In this document: positions 33,462 to 43,852 of the stretch, in pieces
How positions within the stretch are numbered: the first letter of the stretch is position 1
Layout: each line of letters starts with the position of its first letter
DNA from: an uncultured Verrucomicrobiae bacterium
GTDB taxonomy: Bacteria > Verrucomicrobiota > Verrucomicrobiia > Palsa-1439
Reading direction: 5' to 3'
Length of the DNA: 64,000 nucleotides
Assembly: GCA_963812605.1 (NCBI GenBank)
Contig: CAWEWF010000006.1
Location: forward strand, 192,001 to 256,000
Translations under genes and position numbers: made by a program
The notes under the pieces: generated by a model
Database searches by the model: none
Seen by the model: the letters and a program-made list of their open reading frames with translations, nothing else
Told to the model about the DNA's origin: nothing

Positions 33462-34925
33462 CTACGGCGTAATGTCAAACCGATAGAACCCTTGCGGCTG
33501 CAACGCCCCGCCGAAATTGGTCAACGTCAGCAGAGCCCCAATGCTGTTGGTGACCGATGCGCCAAGGACATTCGACCAAGCACCGGATGTCAGGTCAGTC
33601 GTGAACTGCAATTGATAGGTCTCGTAGGCTACGGACGGGATGTTGACGGCTATATCGTTACCTGCAATTTGGACTGCTGAAATCTGATTGGCGAGAGGGG
33701 AGAGGGGAACTGTCAGTTTGAACACCGTGCCGTTGTCGTTCGCCCCGCCATAGAAGGCCGTGCCGTAGAAATTGCCGTCGCTGCCCTGTACCAGCGCGGC
33801 ATCTGGATTGTTGCCATCGGTGGGGGACGTGCCAAACGAGTAAAGATTCGTGTAGTCGCCGCTGGGGCTGATCCTAAACACGGTGCCACAATTGCAATTG
33901 GTGCTCGTCCCGCCGTAGAAGGCCGTGCCGTAGAAAAAGCCGTCGCTGCCCTGCACCAGCCCATTTGGAGGGGAACCGACAAAGGAGTAAAGATTTGTGT
34001 AGCTGCCGCTCGGACTGATCCGAAACACCGTGCCGTAGTTGTTCGTCCCGCCTCGAATGGTCGTCCCGTAGAAATTGCCGTCACTGCCTTGCACCAGCCC
34101 GGTAGATGGACGCACTCCATCGCTGAGGTGGCTGCCAAACGAGTAAAGATTCGTCTTCGTGCCGCTGGGACTGATCCGAAACACGGTGCCGCAATTGCAA
34201 AAGTTCGTCCGCCGTCTCGGTCCCGCCGTCTCGTCGGTCGTCCCGTAGAAATTGCCGTCGCTGCCCTGCACCAGCCCATTTGGAATGGACCCATCAGTGG
34301 GAAAGCCGCCAAAAGAGTAAAGATTTGTGTAGCTGCCGCTCGGACTGATCCGAAACACCGCGCCGTAGTTGTTCGTCCCGCCTCGAATGGTCGTCCCGTA
34401 GAAATTGCCGTCACTGCCCTGCACCAGCCCATTTGGAATGGACCCATCAGTGGGAAAGCCGCCAAAGGAGTAAAGATTTGTGTAGCTGCCGCTCGGACTG
34501 ATCCGAAACACCGTGCCGCACCCGCCGTTGCAATTGGTGCTCGTCCCGCCTCCATGGGCCGTCCCGTAGAAATTGCCGTCGCTGCCTTGCACCAGCCCGG
34601 CCATTGGAATGGTCCCATCGGTGGGGGAAACGACAAAGGAGGAAAGATTCGTGTAGGTGCCGCTGGGACTGATCCGAAACACGGTGCCGCAACTGCAATT
34701 GGTGCTCGCTGCATAGGCCATCCCGTAGAAATTGCCATCGCTGCCCTGCACCAGCCCAACAAATGGATAGCGTCCATCGTTTGGGGAGCCGACAAAGGAG
34801 TACAGATTCGTCTCCGTCTGGGCGTTGGCGTTGAACGTTCGACTAGCCAAGACCAACAGAATAACTCCGATGATCAAACGGAGACTCTTCTCGGTCGCCA
34901 GCCTGACATTGCTCGGTTTCTTCAT
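33462..34925 (-). CDS. GloVer (Gloeobacter/Verrucomicrobia) tandem-repeat beta-propeller protein with GFYRF tail
   Basis: Seven repeats of LVQGSDGNFYGT...GTVFRISPSGxYTNLYSF; signal peptide. Confidence 0.9.
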   Translation of the reverse strand: MKKPSNVRLATEKSLRLIIGVILLVLASRTFNANAQTETNLYSFVGSPNDGRYPFVGLVQGSDGNFYGMAYAASTNCSCGTVFRISPSGTYTNLSSFVVSPTDGTIPMAGLVQGSDGNFYGTAHGGGTSTNCNGGCGTVFRISPSGSYTNLYSFGGFPTDGSIPNGLVQGSDGNFYGTTIRGGTNNYGAVFRISPSGSYTNLYSFGGFPTDGSIPNGLVQGSDGNFYGTTDETAGPRRRTNFCNCGTVFRISPSGTKTNLYSFGSHLSDGVRPSTGLVQGSDGNFYGTTIRGGTNNYGTVFRISPSGSYTNLYSFVGSPPNGLVQGSDGFFYGTAFYGGTSTNCNCGTVFRISPSGDYTNLYSFGTSPTDGNNPDAALVQGSDGNFYGTAFYGGANDNGTVFKLTVPLSPLANQISAVQIAGNDIAVNIPSVAYETYQLQFTTDLTSGAWSNVLGASVTNSIGALLTLTNFGGALQPQGFYRFDITP

Positions 34926-35037
34926 ACCCGATGCTTCTCTCCAGCCCTTGCCTCACCCGCTCTTGCGGAGAAATCTAGCATCGCGGCAATGGTAAGTCGA
35001 GCCTTTCCAGCCGCCGACCAGGCAACAGTGATCTACT

Positions 35038-36803
35038 TCACAATCTCGGTGGCGCGGGCTTAAGGGGCGCATCCCACGCCTGCGCGCCTTGCGCTTTTAA
35101 CTTACGCTTATAAACCTTGTCGCCACACGTGGCGAACAAGGTGTCGAAACCTTCTCCACCGAAGCAGAGGTTGGATATCCGGCCATTCGGAGTGGGAATG
35201 ATGCATTGGACCGGCCGGCCTGGTCGCAAACCTGGATGCCCATTCGCGTGGCCACGTAAAGCCGGCCCTCGCGGTCAACCCGCATGCCGTCGGCTCCGCT
35301 GTCGTCAGCGCTGTCCGGCTCATGCAGCCAATAGAAGCGTTGCTTGTCGGCCAGCGTGCCGTCCTTTTGGATCTGGTAACTGTAAACCCAATGCGAGCGG
35401 TAGTCGCCGACGTAAAGCAACGTTTGATCCGGCGACAGCGCAATGCCGTCGCGAAACGCAGCCCCGTGTCCACCACATGTTTCTCGCCTCCCGCCTTGAT
35501 CAACCAGACATTGCTCGGCGCGTCAATGTTGTCGGGAGGCGGTTCCGTCACGTAGATGTCGCCAGCATGCGTCACCACCAGATCATCGCCGCGAATGCCC
35601 GTGGCAATAATCGCCGCTTCCCCGACAGCATCGTACGCAATAATTTTTTCGTACGTACCGGCGACCGCATAGAGACGCCCGTCCGGCCCAAAGGCCTGGC
35701 CGGCGCCTTTCCGGGAATCGAACAGGAACTCGCTCACCTTGCCGTCGAGGCCAATCTGGTAGGTCTTGCTGGCGGAAGTGTCGTTGAAGAAAACTTCGCC
35801 CTTCGCGTTGGCGGCCGGACCGTCGGCGGAAACGCAACTTTGCGTTACTAACTGCCAGCCTTCACCGGGAATAAGCAGCGCGGCGAGCGTGGCATTTTTC
35901 GTCTCACCAGTTTTAACCGGTTGCGGCCAGTCGTGCCACAAGCCAACGCATTGCGTCGGGGAAAATGGCTGTGCCCTGCTTGCCGGGATGCCCGCCATCC
36001 CCCCACGCATGGTTGACCTCGTAGCCGGCAAAAACCAGCGCCCGCTCCATGGTCTGGTTGGCCATCCACCAGTCGCCGCCGTAAATGTTCAGGTCACCCG
36101 ACCCATCCTGCAAAAAGACGCGGAGCGGTTTGGGCTCGAACTTGCGGATGAGCGTCGGGTAAATCTCGCCGCCGCGCAGTCCCACATACGTGCCGACGGT
36201 GGTGAAGACGCGGCTGAAAGCGTCCGGCCGTTCCCACGCCACCGTAAACGCCGCAATACCCCCGCTGCTCTCGCCGGCAATGGCGCGGTCGTTGGCGGAC
36301 TTCGACAATTTGATCGAACGCCCGTCGCTGGTGGTCTTTTCTTCCACCGCGGGCAACAACTCATCGAGAAGAAAATTGGCGTAACTGTCGCCAAGCCCGT
36401 CGAATTCGTAGCTCCGATTGAAACGGTCCAGCGCGTTGGTGGAATCATTTGCCGGCAGTCGGCCCGGTGCCACGAAGACACCGATGGTCACGGGCATCTC
36501 GCCCTTCGCAATAAGATTGTCGAACACAACGGGCGCGTTCCACCGCACCCCGTCCTGGTTCACGAACAGGCAGGCGGGTTTCGTGGGATCGTATTGCTTC
36601 GGCACGTAAACCTTCACCGCGCGCGTGGTGCCCGGAAAAATCTTCGAGTTCGCGAAGGTAAACTCCAGCACCTCGCCCTGCGGCACGTTGGTTTGAACGA
36701 CGGAATCAGGTCCCGGCTGGTAATCGTCCGCCGCGCGGACAGAGGTGGCTTCAGAAAGAAAACATGCAATAAAGAACAGGGCCAGTCGGCTCAGGGAATT
36801 CAT
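35038..36803 (-). CDS. Esterase (Fes-like) plus SMP-30/gluconolactonase fusion protein, several frameshifts
   Basis: GESSGG nucleophile elbow, NRSYEFDG; downstream GADGMRVDREGRLYVATRMGIQV and SNLCFGG in successive frames. Confidence 0.8.
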
Positions 36804-36906
36804 GGCTTCGAATCCTGTTCAATACCCGCCGCTCGTTCAAGCCATTTTTGGGCCGCTTACCTACGGCGCCAATCGTACGCCGTCGCTAGCGGGTGCGTGT
36901 TGCCAT

Positions 36907-37695
36907 TCAAAATTTCTGGGTGTGCAGCCAGGCCATGGCCTGACCGGACCAGGCATCGGTAACGCCGAAACCGTGTTTGCCGATGGGCTCCCGCAGGTAA
37001 ACAAATGGGACGTTATTTTTGATAAGGGCGGCAACGTATTGATCGGAATTGGCGACCGGAACGGTGGTGTCGCCGGTGGAATGAACGATAAAAGCCGGTG
37101 GCGTATCCTTGCTCACCTGCTTTTCGTTGCTGAGAAGCTCGATCATTTCCGGGGTGGGATTGTCGCCAAGGAGCCAGGCCCGGGAGTTCGTATGAACATT
37201 CGATCCATCCTCGAGCGTCACGACGGGATACAGCAGGACATGGAGGTCGGGACGAGAACTCACCCGTTCGATCGGGTCGCTGGACGCAGGATCGCCGGCA
37301 TCAAAGTGCGTGGCGGCAGTGCTCGCCAGGTGTCCACCGGCGGAAAAGCCGATGATGCCAATGCGCTGGGGATCCAGGCCCCACGCGGGGGCATTCGCGC
37401 GGACATAACGAATCGCGCGCTGGGCATCGTCCATTTCGGCCGGGTGGTGGTATTTCTTCCCTAGCCGGGACTTGAGAATGAAGCTGGTAATGCCGTTGGA
37501 CGCGAGCCATTGGGCCGTTGGAAGACCCTCGCGCGGGGAAAGATGCGAATAGGCGCCACCGGGCATGATAATCATCGCGGCGCCGCTGGCTTTGCCCGTC
37601 GGGGGAAGAAAAACAGTGAGGGTGGGAATATCGATGGCAGGATTATCGCCTTGCTGGAGCGGCGCCTCGGCGGGCCAAAGCCGGAGGATTTGCAA
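36907..37695 (-). CDS. Alpha/beta hydrolase (acetyl/pectin esterase-like); true start probably upstream
   Basis: PGGAY, GFSAGGHLA, DTTVP, HGFG. Confidence 0.85.
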   Translation of the reverse strand: MQILRLWPAEAPLQQGDNPAIDIPTLTVFLPPTGKASGAAMIIMPGGAYSHLSPREGLPTAQWLASNGITSFILKSRLGKKYHHPAEMDDAQRAIRYVRANAPAWGLDPQRIGIIGFSAGGHLASTAATHFDAGDPASSDPIERVSSRPDLHVLLYPVVTLEDGSNVHTNSRAWLLGDNPTPEMIELLSNEKQVSKDTPPAFIVHSTGDTTVPVANSDQYVAALIKNNVPFVYLREPIGKHGFGVTDAWSGQAMAWLHTQKF

Positions 37696-37919
37696 ATCTT
37701 CCAGCTTCGCGGGGGGATTCGTCAGGATTACGGGATCTCTTCCATCAACCAGAAAAAACAGGGACGCCCATTGATCTGTTTGGGTGTGAGTGAAACCAGC
37801 GCGAAGGGAGCATTCGTAGTCGCCGGCGCGTCAGCTGCCAACGACGCGACCCGAGTTTGGACGGCCAGAAGGATAAACGGCAGTGCGAGTAAACGTGCGC
37901 ATATGATAAAAATGTTCTG

Positions 37920-39299
37920 TCAGGGTGCGTCGCGAGTCGGCATGTTTCCACCGGTTCTTCCGACGGTGTTCGACCCTGTCGCCGGCACGACCGGTGGGCC
38001 AGCCGCGGTGGGCGGAATGGCAACCCCGCCTTCCAGTCCTTGGCCGCTAACATTATTGGTTCCCAGCAGCGGACCACTGAAACCCGTGACCTGGATATTC
38101 CGGAGTTCAGCGCCGGTGATATTGGCGAGGGTTATGCCCTTCGTGCAGGTGCCGGTGATGTCAGCCAGCAAGAGCCCATTGAGCGGCTTCACCGGGGAGA
38201 TCGCCACGGCGTTCACCAGCGTTCCGCAATTCACCCGGACATTGGTGAAACGAAAATTCTTCGCGGTGGGAATGCCCACATCGCCCATAACCGGCTCGGC
38301 GTCCTGCAAGCCGCTGTTGAGAAGGTTGATGCGCAGGAAGCCGTTCGTCCCAGTTTGAATGTCCAGGTCATTTCCGGAAATATCTTCGATAAACGCGCCG
38401 CGGCCGGGCCGGCTCTTGATGTAGATCGCGTAGGTCCTGGCCTGCTTGAAGGTACAGTGCTCGATATGCACGCCGCGAATGCCACCGGAGGTTTCACTGC
38501 CGACGCCGATACACGCAAAAATGTTGTCGGAGAAGGTGCAATCGCGAATGACCACGTCCTCGGTGGGACGCCCTTCGCGGACGGCTTCCATGCCGCGACC
38601 GGATTTGATCGCGATGCAGTCGTCGCCGGACTCGATGTCGCAGCCGTCAATGACGACATGTTTGCAAGAGTCAACGTCCACCCCGTCGCTGTTGCCGCCG
38701 ATGCTGCGAATGGTGACGTTTTTCACCACCACGTTTTCACAGTAGGTCGGATGAATCGTCCACATGCGCTTCTGTTTTGCGGTGAAACCTTCCAGGCGAA
38801 CATCCTGGCATTCGATCGGCTCGATGACGCATGGGCGTCGTGGCATCTGCCGGCCACCGATGGTCAGGTCGCCGGCAATCGTGCCCGGGCCAACGACGGC
38901 GATATGGTTCGCCTGACGCGCGGAAACCAGCGCGCGATGCACATCAATCCAGCGGCCTTCCCAGCGGCCCTTCACAATTGGATAATCGTCGAGATCGGCG
39001 CTGCCGAGCAGCGTCGCGTCCTTTTCAATGCGGAGTGTCGTGCGGGATTTCACATCGAGGCTGCCGGTAAGATAATCGCCGGCGGGCACGACCACGGTGC
39101 CTCCACCCGCCGCGGCGCAACGGTCAAGCGCGGCCTGGATTGCAGCCGTGTCCTTGGTCTTCCCATCGCCCACCGCCCCCGACTCGCGGACATTGAATAG
39201 CGCTTTGGACTGGTTGCTGGAACCAACGCATCCAGACAAGACAACGAACAAGAGCAGCGGAATCAGGCAGAATGGTTTGAGTGCCATTGGATTTTTCAT
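37920..39299 (-). CDS. GH28 polygalacturonase-family protein
   Basis: GDGKTKDTAAIQAA, NSDGVD, GDDCIAIKSG, GSETSGG, IKS; lipobox LSGC. Confidence 0.9.
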   Translation of the reverse strand: MKNPMALKPFCLIPLLLFVVLSGCVGSSNQSKALFNVRESGAVGDGKTKDTAAIQAALDRCAAAGGGTVVVPAGDYLTGSLDVKSRTTLRIEKDATLLGSADLDDYPIVKGRWEGRWIDVHRALVSARQANHIAVVGPGTIAGDLTIGGRQMPRRPCVIEPIECQDVRLEGFTAKQKRMWTIHPTYCENVVVKNVTIRSIGGNSDGVDVDSCKHVVIDGCDIESGDDCIAIKSGRGMEAVREGRPTEDVVIRDCTFSDNIFACIGVGSETSGGIRGVHIEHCTFKQARTYAIYIKSRPGRGAFIEDISGNDLDIQTGTNGFLRINLLNSGLQDAEPVMGDVGIPTAKNFRFTNVRVNCGTLVNAVAISPVKPLNGLLLADITGTCTKGITLANITGAELRNIQVTGFSGPLLGTNNVSGQGLEGGVAIPPTAAGPPVVPATGSNTVGRTGGNMPTRDAP

Positions 39300-39303
39300 C
39301 GAC

Positions 39304-40766
39304 TTATTTTGCCTCAGGTTGTTCTGTCGCCTTGGAAGCCGCGTCCGATGGAAATTGGTCGAATCGCCTTTCGACTTCCTTGCCGCGTAGTTGTTTGTCG
39401 GCAAAGTCCAGCATCGCCTTCAAATCTTCTGGAGTGAACGCATGGCCGTGATTCGCGTAGTTTACGCCGAGACGGTCCGTGGCGTCGAACAGCGCGTAAG
39501 CGGGGCGCGCGCCCAGCCAGGACTGCTTGACCGCGTTCTCCAGGGACACCTGGTCGGTCAAGCCTTCGAGGGCGATGAATGGCCGCGGGGCGACGAGCGC
39601 GAGAAACCAGTGCTCGTCAAACGGCAACTGGTCTACGTGCCCCCAAAATTCGTGAAGGTGCGGCGAAAACCAGTTCGGATACTTCTTCATCATGTCGGCC
39701 AGGCCCTCTTTGCCGCCACGTCCCGCGCCGCTAAAACGGTAGGCGCCAATGCCGCCACCACCGGTTACGCATGGCGCCGCCATGGCCAGTCGGTCATCAA
39801 AAGCCGCGGCAATCATCGCCGATTTACCCGTGCGCGACACACCCGAGACAATCAGCTTGGTCTTGTCCACCAGCGGGTCGGTTTCGAGATAATCCACAAT
39901 GCGGGACACACCCCACGCCCATCCCGCGAGCACTCCCCAGTCATGCCCGGGATACGCGGGATAAAATCGCGTCGTACGAAAAGCCCAGGCACCGTCTTCA
40001 TTGCGCAACGTCGTGTCCTCGGCGCAATCATTGTTGTTGAACACAACGTAGGCATAACCGCGGCGAAACAATTCGCGGTTCCGCCCGGCCACCGCTTCAG
40101 GATCTGCGTTATCCAATCGACCGCGACGCCCGGCGGCGGATTGGTGGAATTCACGGAACTGGCTGCCTCGTTGGTGGATGGCGTGATTGGCACGACCGGC
40201 AACAAGGCGTCAACACCTTTGCCCTGCCCCGGCGGGTGTGCCAATGTCGGCAGGGGCGTGGCTCCGGGGGGTGTTCCGCCCGGCATGATCACCGCCGGGA
40301 ATGGCCCCGGACCGTCCGTGGGTGTGAAGATGCCGATGTCCAACTCCAGTTTCCCTTTTGGCCCGAAGGTGAGGTGAACCAGCCGATATTTCACTTTCCC
40401 ATCCAGCACCAACTGCGATTTGATCTCCTCCCCCTTCACGTTTCCCGGCGGAGGCGGCATCTGGCCAATAGCGTAATACTCAAGGATTCGTTTAATCTCT
40501 TCGCGGCGGTTTTTCCACTGCTTGACCGTCGTGACCTTTTGCCCGCTGTTCATCGTCAGCGCGTCAGGCAAGTCAGCGTGAACCGGCAAATCCTTCACGC
40601 CCGGCAACACGCCCACCCTGGTATTGATCGGGGGCAGCGGAATTTCTCGCGGGTCCGGTCCACTGCTGGAGTTGGTCGATTGGCCTTCGGCCGGGCCCGG
40701 CCAAAGTCCAACCATCACGAAAAACATTACCCCAAGAAGCGCCGCGGAGCGAACTTTCGGGAGCAT
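39304..40766 (-). CDS. CE15/glucuronoyl-esterase-like hydrolase whose N-terminus derives from the comM start (frameshift near 40110)
   Basis: AWGVSRIVDYL, GVSRTGK, LVAPRP; begins MLPKVRSAALLGV. Confidence 0.8.
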
Positions 40767-40813
40767 GGCTGCAACTAATAGACTATTGACTCACGGAAGT
40801 CGATTGGGTTTTT
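40767..40813 (-). promoter_or_regulatory. Degenerate comM-type promoter (TCGACT-N17-TATTAG)
   Basis: Same geometry as the other copies, ahead of an MLPKVRSAA start. Confidence 0.55.
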
Positions 40814-40855
40814 GTTGCCCGAGATGAGCGGATTCTGCGGATAAAAATAAGAAGA

Positions 40856-40879
40856 CCAACCGTGAAACGAAACGGTTGG
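40856..40879. terminator. Hairpin, possible terminator
   Basis: ccaaccgt...acggttgg stem with an A-rich left flank. Confidence 0.35.
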
Positions 40880-41089
40880 CCTTCTTGCTCCAGGTCTGAG
40901 TCAGATCACTATGCCGTGCTGGCTGACGATGAACAATCCGAAGATGCTTAATGACTCGCCAGTCTCTTCTCGCTTCTCCAGTTGGGAGTAAATCAAAAGA
41001 CGGGCTGAAAGTCCAGCAAATTCGGGCCGCAGAGGCCGATCTTTTGCAGGATTGACCGGTGAAACCCGCGCCGCCATGCTACGCGCATC

Positions 41090-42442
41090 TTGAGCTCGCC
41101 TGCAAAATCCGTGCGTCCCCTCTGCGGGCCGAAAGCCTCGTGGCTGACGGGAAACCTGACAGACTTCGGGAAGGACCCGCTCGGTTTCCTGGAGAAATGC
41201 GCGTTGGATTATGGCGATTTTGTCCCGATGCGGTTCCTCCACCAGCGAATCTATCTGCTGAACGATCCGGCGGACATCGAAGACGTGCTGACGACCCAGG
41301 CCCGCAACTTCCGGAAAACCCTCGGGTACCGCACTCCCGTGATGCGGCGGGTTTTTGGGGCGGGCCTCGTGACGAGCGAAGGGGAACACTGGGTCCGCCA
41401 GCGGCGGCTCGCGCAGCCGGCTTTTCATCGGGACCGCATCGCCCTGTATGCAAAGAGCATCGTCGGGTTCACCGAGGAAATGATCGCCAACTGGAACGAC
41501 GGTGAAACCCGTGACATCCACCACGAAATGATGCAAATGACCGTCCGCGTGGTCACCAAGACACTTTTCAATTCCGCGGTGTCCCCGGAACTCAATGAAG
41601 TGATCGCGAGTTCGAGTGTGGTCATGGAACGCTTCACCACGCAATGGAAATGGTATCGGGCGGTCTTTGGCCTGCTGCCCTCAGTGATGTCGTGGCGTTT
41701 TTCGCGGGGGATGCGCCGGCTCGACAATTTCATTTACGGCCTCATCCGCGAACGCCGCGCCAGCGGTGAGGATGCGGGCGATCTGTTGTCGATGCTGTTG
41801 CAGGCCCGCTACGAGGACGGCAGCGGCATGAGCGATGAACAATTACGCGATGAATTGACCACCCTCATGGTCGCCGGGATGGACACGACGGCGTTGGCCT
41901 TGTCATGGGCGTTCTATTTGTTGTCGCAGAACCCCGGGTCCGTGCCGCCGCTCTACGAGGAACTCAAACGCGTGCTCGGTGGCCGCGCCCCCGGCTTTGC
42001 CGACCTGCCGCAGTTGAGCTACACGGAGATGGTGGTGAAAGAGACGATGCGCTTGTATCCCTCGGTCTGGATCATCGGCCGCGAAGCGCTCCAGGACTGT
42101 AAGATTGGCGGCCAGAGCATCAAGGCGGGCGAATCACTGTTCATGAGCCAGTGGCTGAAACATCGCGACCCGCGTTATTTCAAGGAGGCTGCGAGGTTTC
42201 TGCCAGAGCGTTGGCGCGCGGAAGAAATCAAGCAACTGCCAAAGTACGCCTACTTTCCTTTTGGCGGCGGCCCCCGGGTCTGCATCGGCAATTCATTTGC
42301 CATGATGGAAGCCGTCCTCGCTCTTGCCACCGTTTCGCAAAAGTTCCAGTTGACCGCCGCGCCCGGCTACCACGTCGCCCCCTGGCCCGCCATCACTCTG
42401 TACCCCAAGGGTGGAATCCTCTTAAAAACTGTCAGTAGATAA
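41090..42442 (+). CDS. Cytochrome P450
   Basis: AGMDTT, ETMRLYP, PERW, FGGGPRVCIG heme motif. Confidence 0.95.
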   Translation: MSSPAKSVRPLCGPKASWLTGNLTDFGKDPLGFLEKCALDYGDFVPMRFLHQRIYLLNDPADIEDVLTTQARNFRKTLGYRTPVMRRVFGAGLVTSEGEHWVRQRRLAQPAFHRDRIALYAKSIVGFTEEMIANWNDGETRDIHHEMMQMTVRVVTKTLFNSAVSPELNEVIASSSVVMERFTTQWKWYRAVFGLLPSVMSWRFSRGMRRLDNFIYGLIRERRASGEDAGDLLSMLLQARYEDGSGMSDEQLRDELTTLMVAGMDTTALALSWAFYLLSQNPGSVPPLYEELKRVLGGRAPGFADLPQLSYTEMVVKETMRLYPSVWIIGREALQDCKIGGQSIKAGESLFMSQWLKHRDPRYFKEAARFLPERWRAEEIKQLPKYAYFPFGGGPRVCIGNSFAMMEAVLALATVSQKFQLTAAPGYHVAPWPAITLYPKGGILLKTVSR

Positions 42443-42851
42443 ATGGTTCGCTTAGGTCGAAGGCGTTTTGGATGAGGCGGATATCGTCAGGTCTTTTCGA
42501 TCCGTCGGCAATGAGCACTTCGACGATGTCGAAGCGAAAGTGGATCCGCGGGTTGCCAAGCAGGCGCAGGTAATCGAGCGCGGCCTTGCTCAGGTTGCGT
42601 TGCTTGTCGCGGTCGACTGCTTCGCTCGGCGCGCCGAACTGCTCGGTTTCGCGGGTTTTGACTTCAACGAACACGAGCCAGTCCTTGTCCCGGGCAACGA
42701 GATCGACCTCGGCTTTGCCGCTGCGAAAATTCCTCAGGAGAATCTTGTAGCCGCGACGGCGAAGGTATCTTGCGGCGGCCTTTTCGCCGCGCGCGCCAAG
42801 GATCTGGCGGGGCGTGAGATTACTCGCTTTTTTGAACCAGTCGAGAAACAT
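42432..42851 (-). CDS. yraN: YraN (UPF0102) family protein
   Basis: LGARGEKAA, EVDLVA, FVEVKTR, RFDIVEV. Confidence 0.92.
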   Translation of the reverse strand: MFLDWFKKASNLTPRQILGARGEKAAARYLRRRGYKILLRNFRSGKAEVDLVARDKDWLVFVEVKTRETEQFGAPSEAVDRDKQRNLSKAALDYLRLLGNPRIHFRFDIVEVLIADGSKRPDDIRLIQNAFDLSEPFIY

Positions 42852-42853
42852 GG

Positions 42854-43495
42854 TCAGAGCGCGGCAAACTCCACTTGTACGGGTTCCACCGTATGGCGCA
42901 CGGGCGCAAAGGAACGGCGGTGCACAGGGGATGGGCCGTATTGACCAAGCGCGGCAAGGTGCTCGGGCGTGCCGTAACCTTTGTGTTGGGCAAAGTTATA
43001 CTGGGGATATTGTTCGTGAAGTTTCAGCATCAGGCGGTCCCGCGTGACCTTGGCGATAACGCTCGCGGCGGCAATGGAAAAACTCTTGGCGTCGCCTTTG
43101 ACAATGGCGGTCTGTTCCACGCCCATCAGCGGCACACGCAGGCCATCGACAAGGACATGGTCGGGATGAACGTACAGATTGTCCAGAGCCAGCTGCATGG
43201 CGCGCCAGGTCGCGCGGAGGATGTTGTAGTGGTCAATCACCTCCACCTCCGAGATCCCGACCGCCCAGAGAAACTCGGGATTGCCTGTCAACTCGGCGTA
43301 GATCTCCTCGCGCTGTTTCTCGGAGAGTTGCTTCGAGTCGGTGAGCGTCTTGTGTTTGAACTTCGGGGGCAGGATCGCCGCGGCTGCCACAACGGGTCCC
43401 GCCAGCGGCCCGCGGCCGGCCTCGTCGATTCCCGCGATGATTTGCGCTCCGGCCTTGAAAACTTTCTTTTCGTACCGGAGCGATGTCATGGCCAC
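42854..43495 (-). CDS. rnhB: Ribonuclease HII
   Basis: GIDEAGRGPLAGPV, DSKQL, SIAAASVIAKVTRD, HKGYGT. Confidence 0.95.
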   Translation of the reverse strand: MAMTSLRYEKKVFKAGAQIIAGIDEAGRGPLAGPVVAAAAILPPKFKHKTLTDSKQLSEKQREEIYAELTGNPEFLWAVGISEVEVIDHYNILRATWRAMQLALDNLYVHPDHVLVDGLRVPLMGVEQTAIVKGDAKSFSIAAASVIAKVTRDRLMLKLHEQYPQYNFAQHKGYGTPEHLAALGQYGPSPVHRRSFAPVRHTVEPVQVEFAAL

Positions 43496-43852
43496 GGCCG
43501 GGTAGTGTGCTAATTTGGCTTCAAAGAGTCAAGACTGCCTCTATGGTAGCCCAGCCGTAGCGCAACGGGCAACGCTGAAAATTGGGGCAGACCTTTAGGG
43601 CGAACCGATTTTCTGCTTGCGTGGCACGGCAGGGACTTCAACGTGCTATCAGAAAGGCCGCGTGGCGTGACCGGAGATTACCTTCAGGAGATCGCCAGAA
43701 TGATACCATCAAACAACCTTCGGCTTGTCGTGCAGGTTTGAGTCCTGCGTGGGGGGAGCGCGGATTTGCACAATTTTGTGAATGCCTCAGCTTCTGTCTT
43801 GGTTCCGTGAAACTAAACCGATAGACTGGCCGGTGGTTCAGGTGACCTCAGG

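Noticed and set aside
33713-34810. Regular direct repeats resembling a CRISPR array or DGR template/variable repeats
   Set aside because: They are in-frame ~50-55 aa coding repeats of a GloVer propeller protein. There are no unique spacers, cas genes or reverse transcriptase in the window.
10378-42431. Classical prophage, ICE, integron or Tn7-like island at comM
   Set aside because: No integrase, transposase, Tns, phage or conjugation genes and no attC-like sites were recognised. comM itself is intact.
42432-42442. Convergent 11 bp overlap of P450 and yraN
   Set aside because: Short convergent overlaps are common; nothing else suggests a function.
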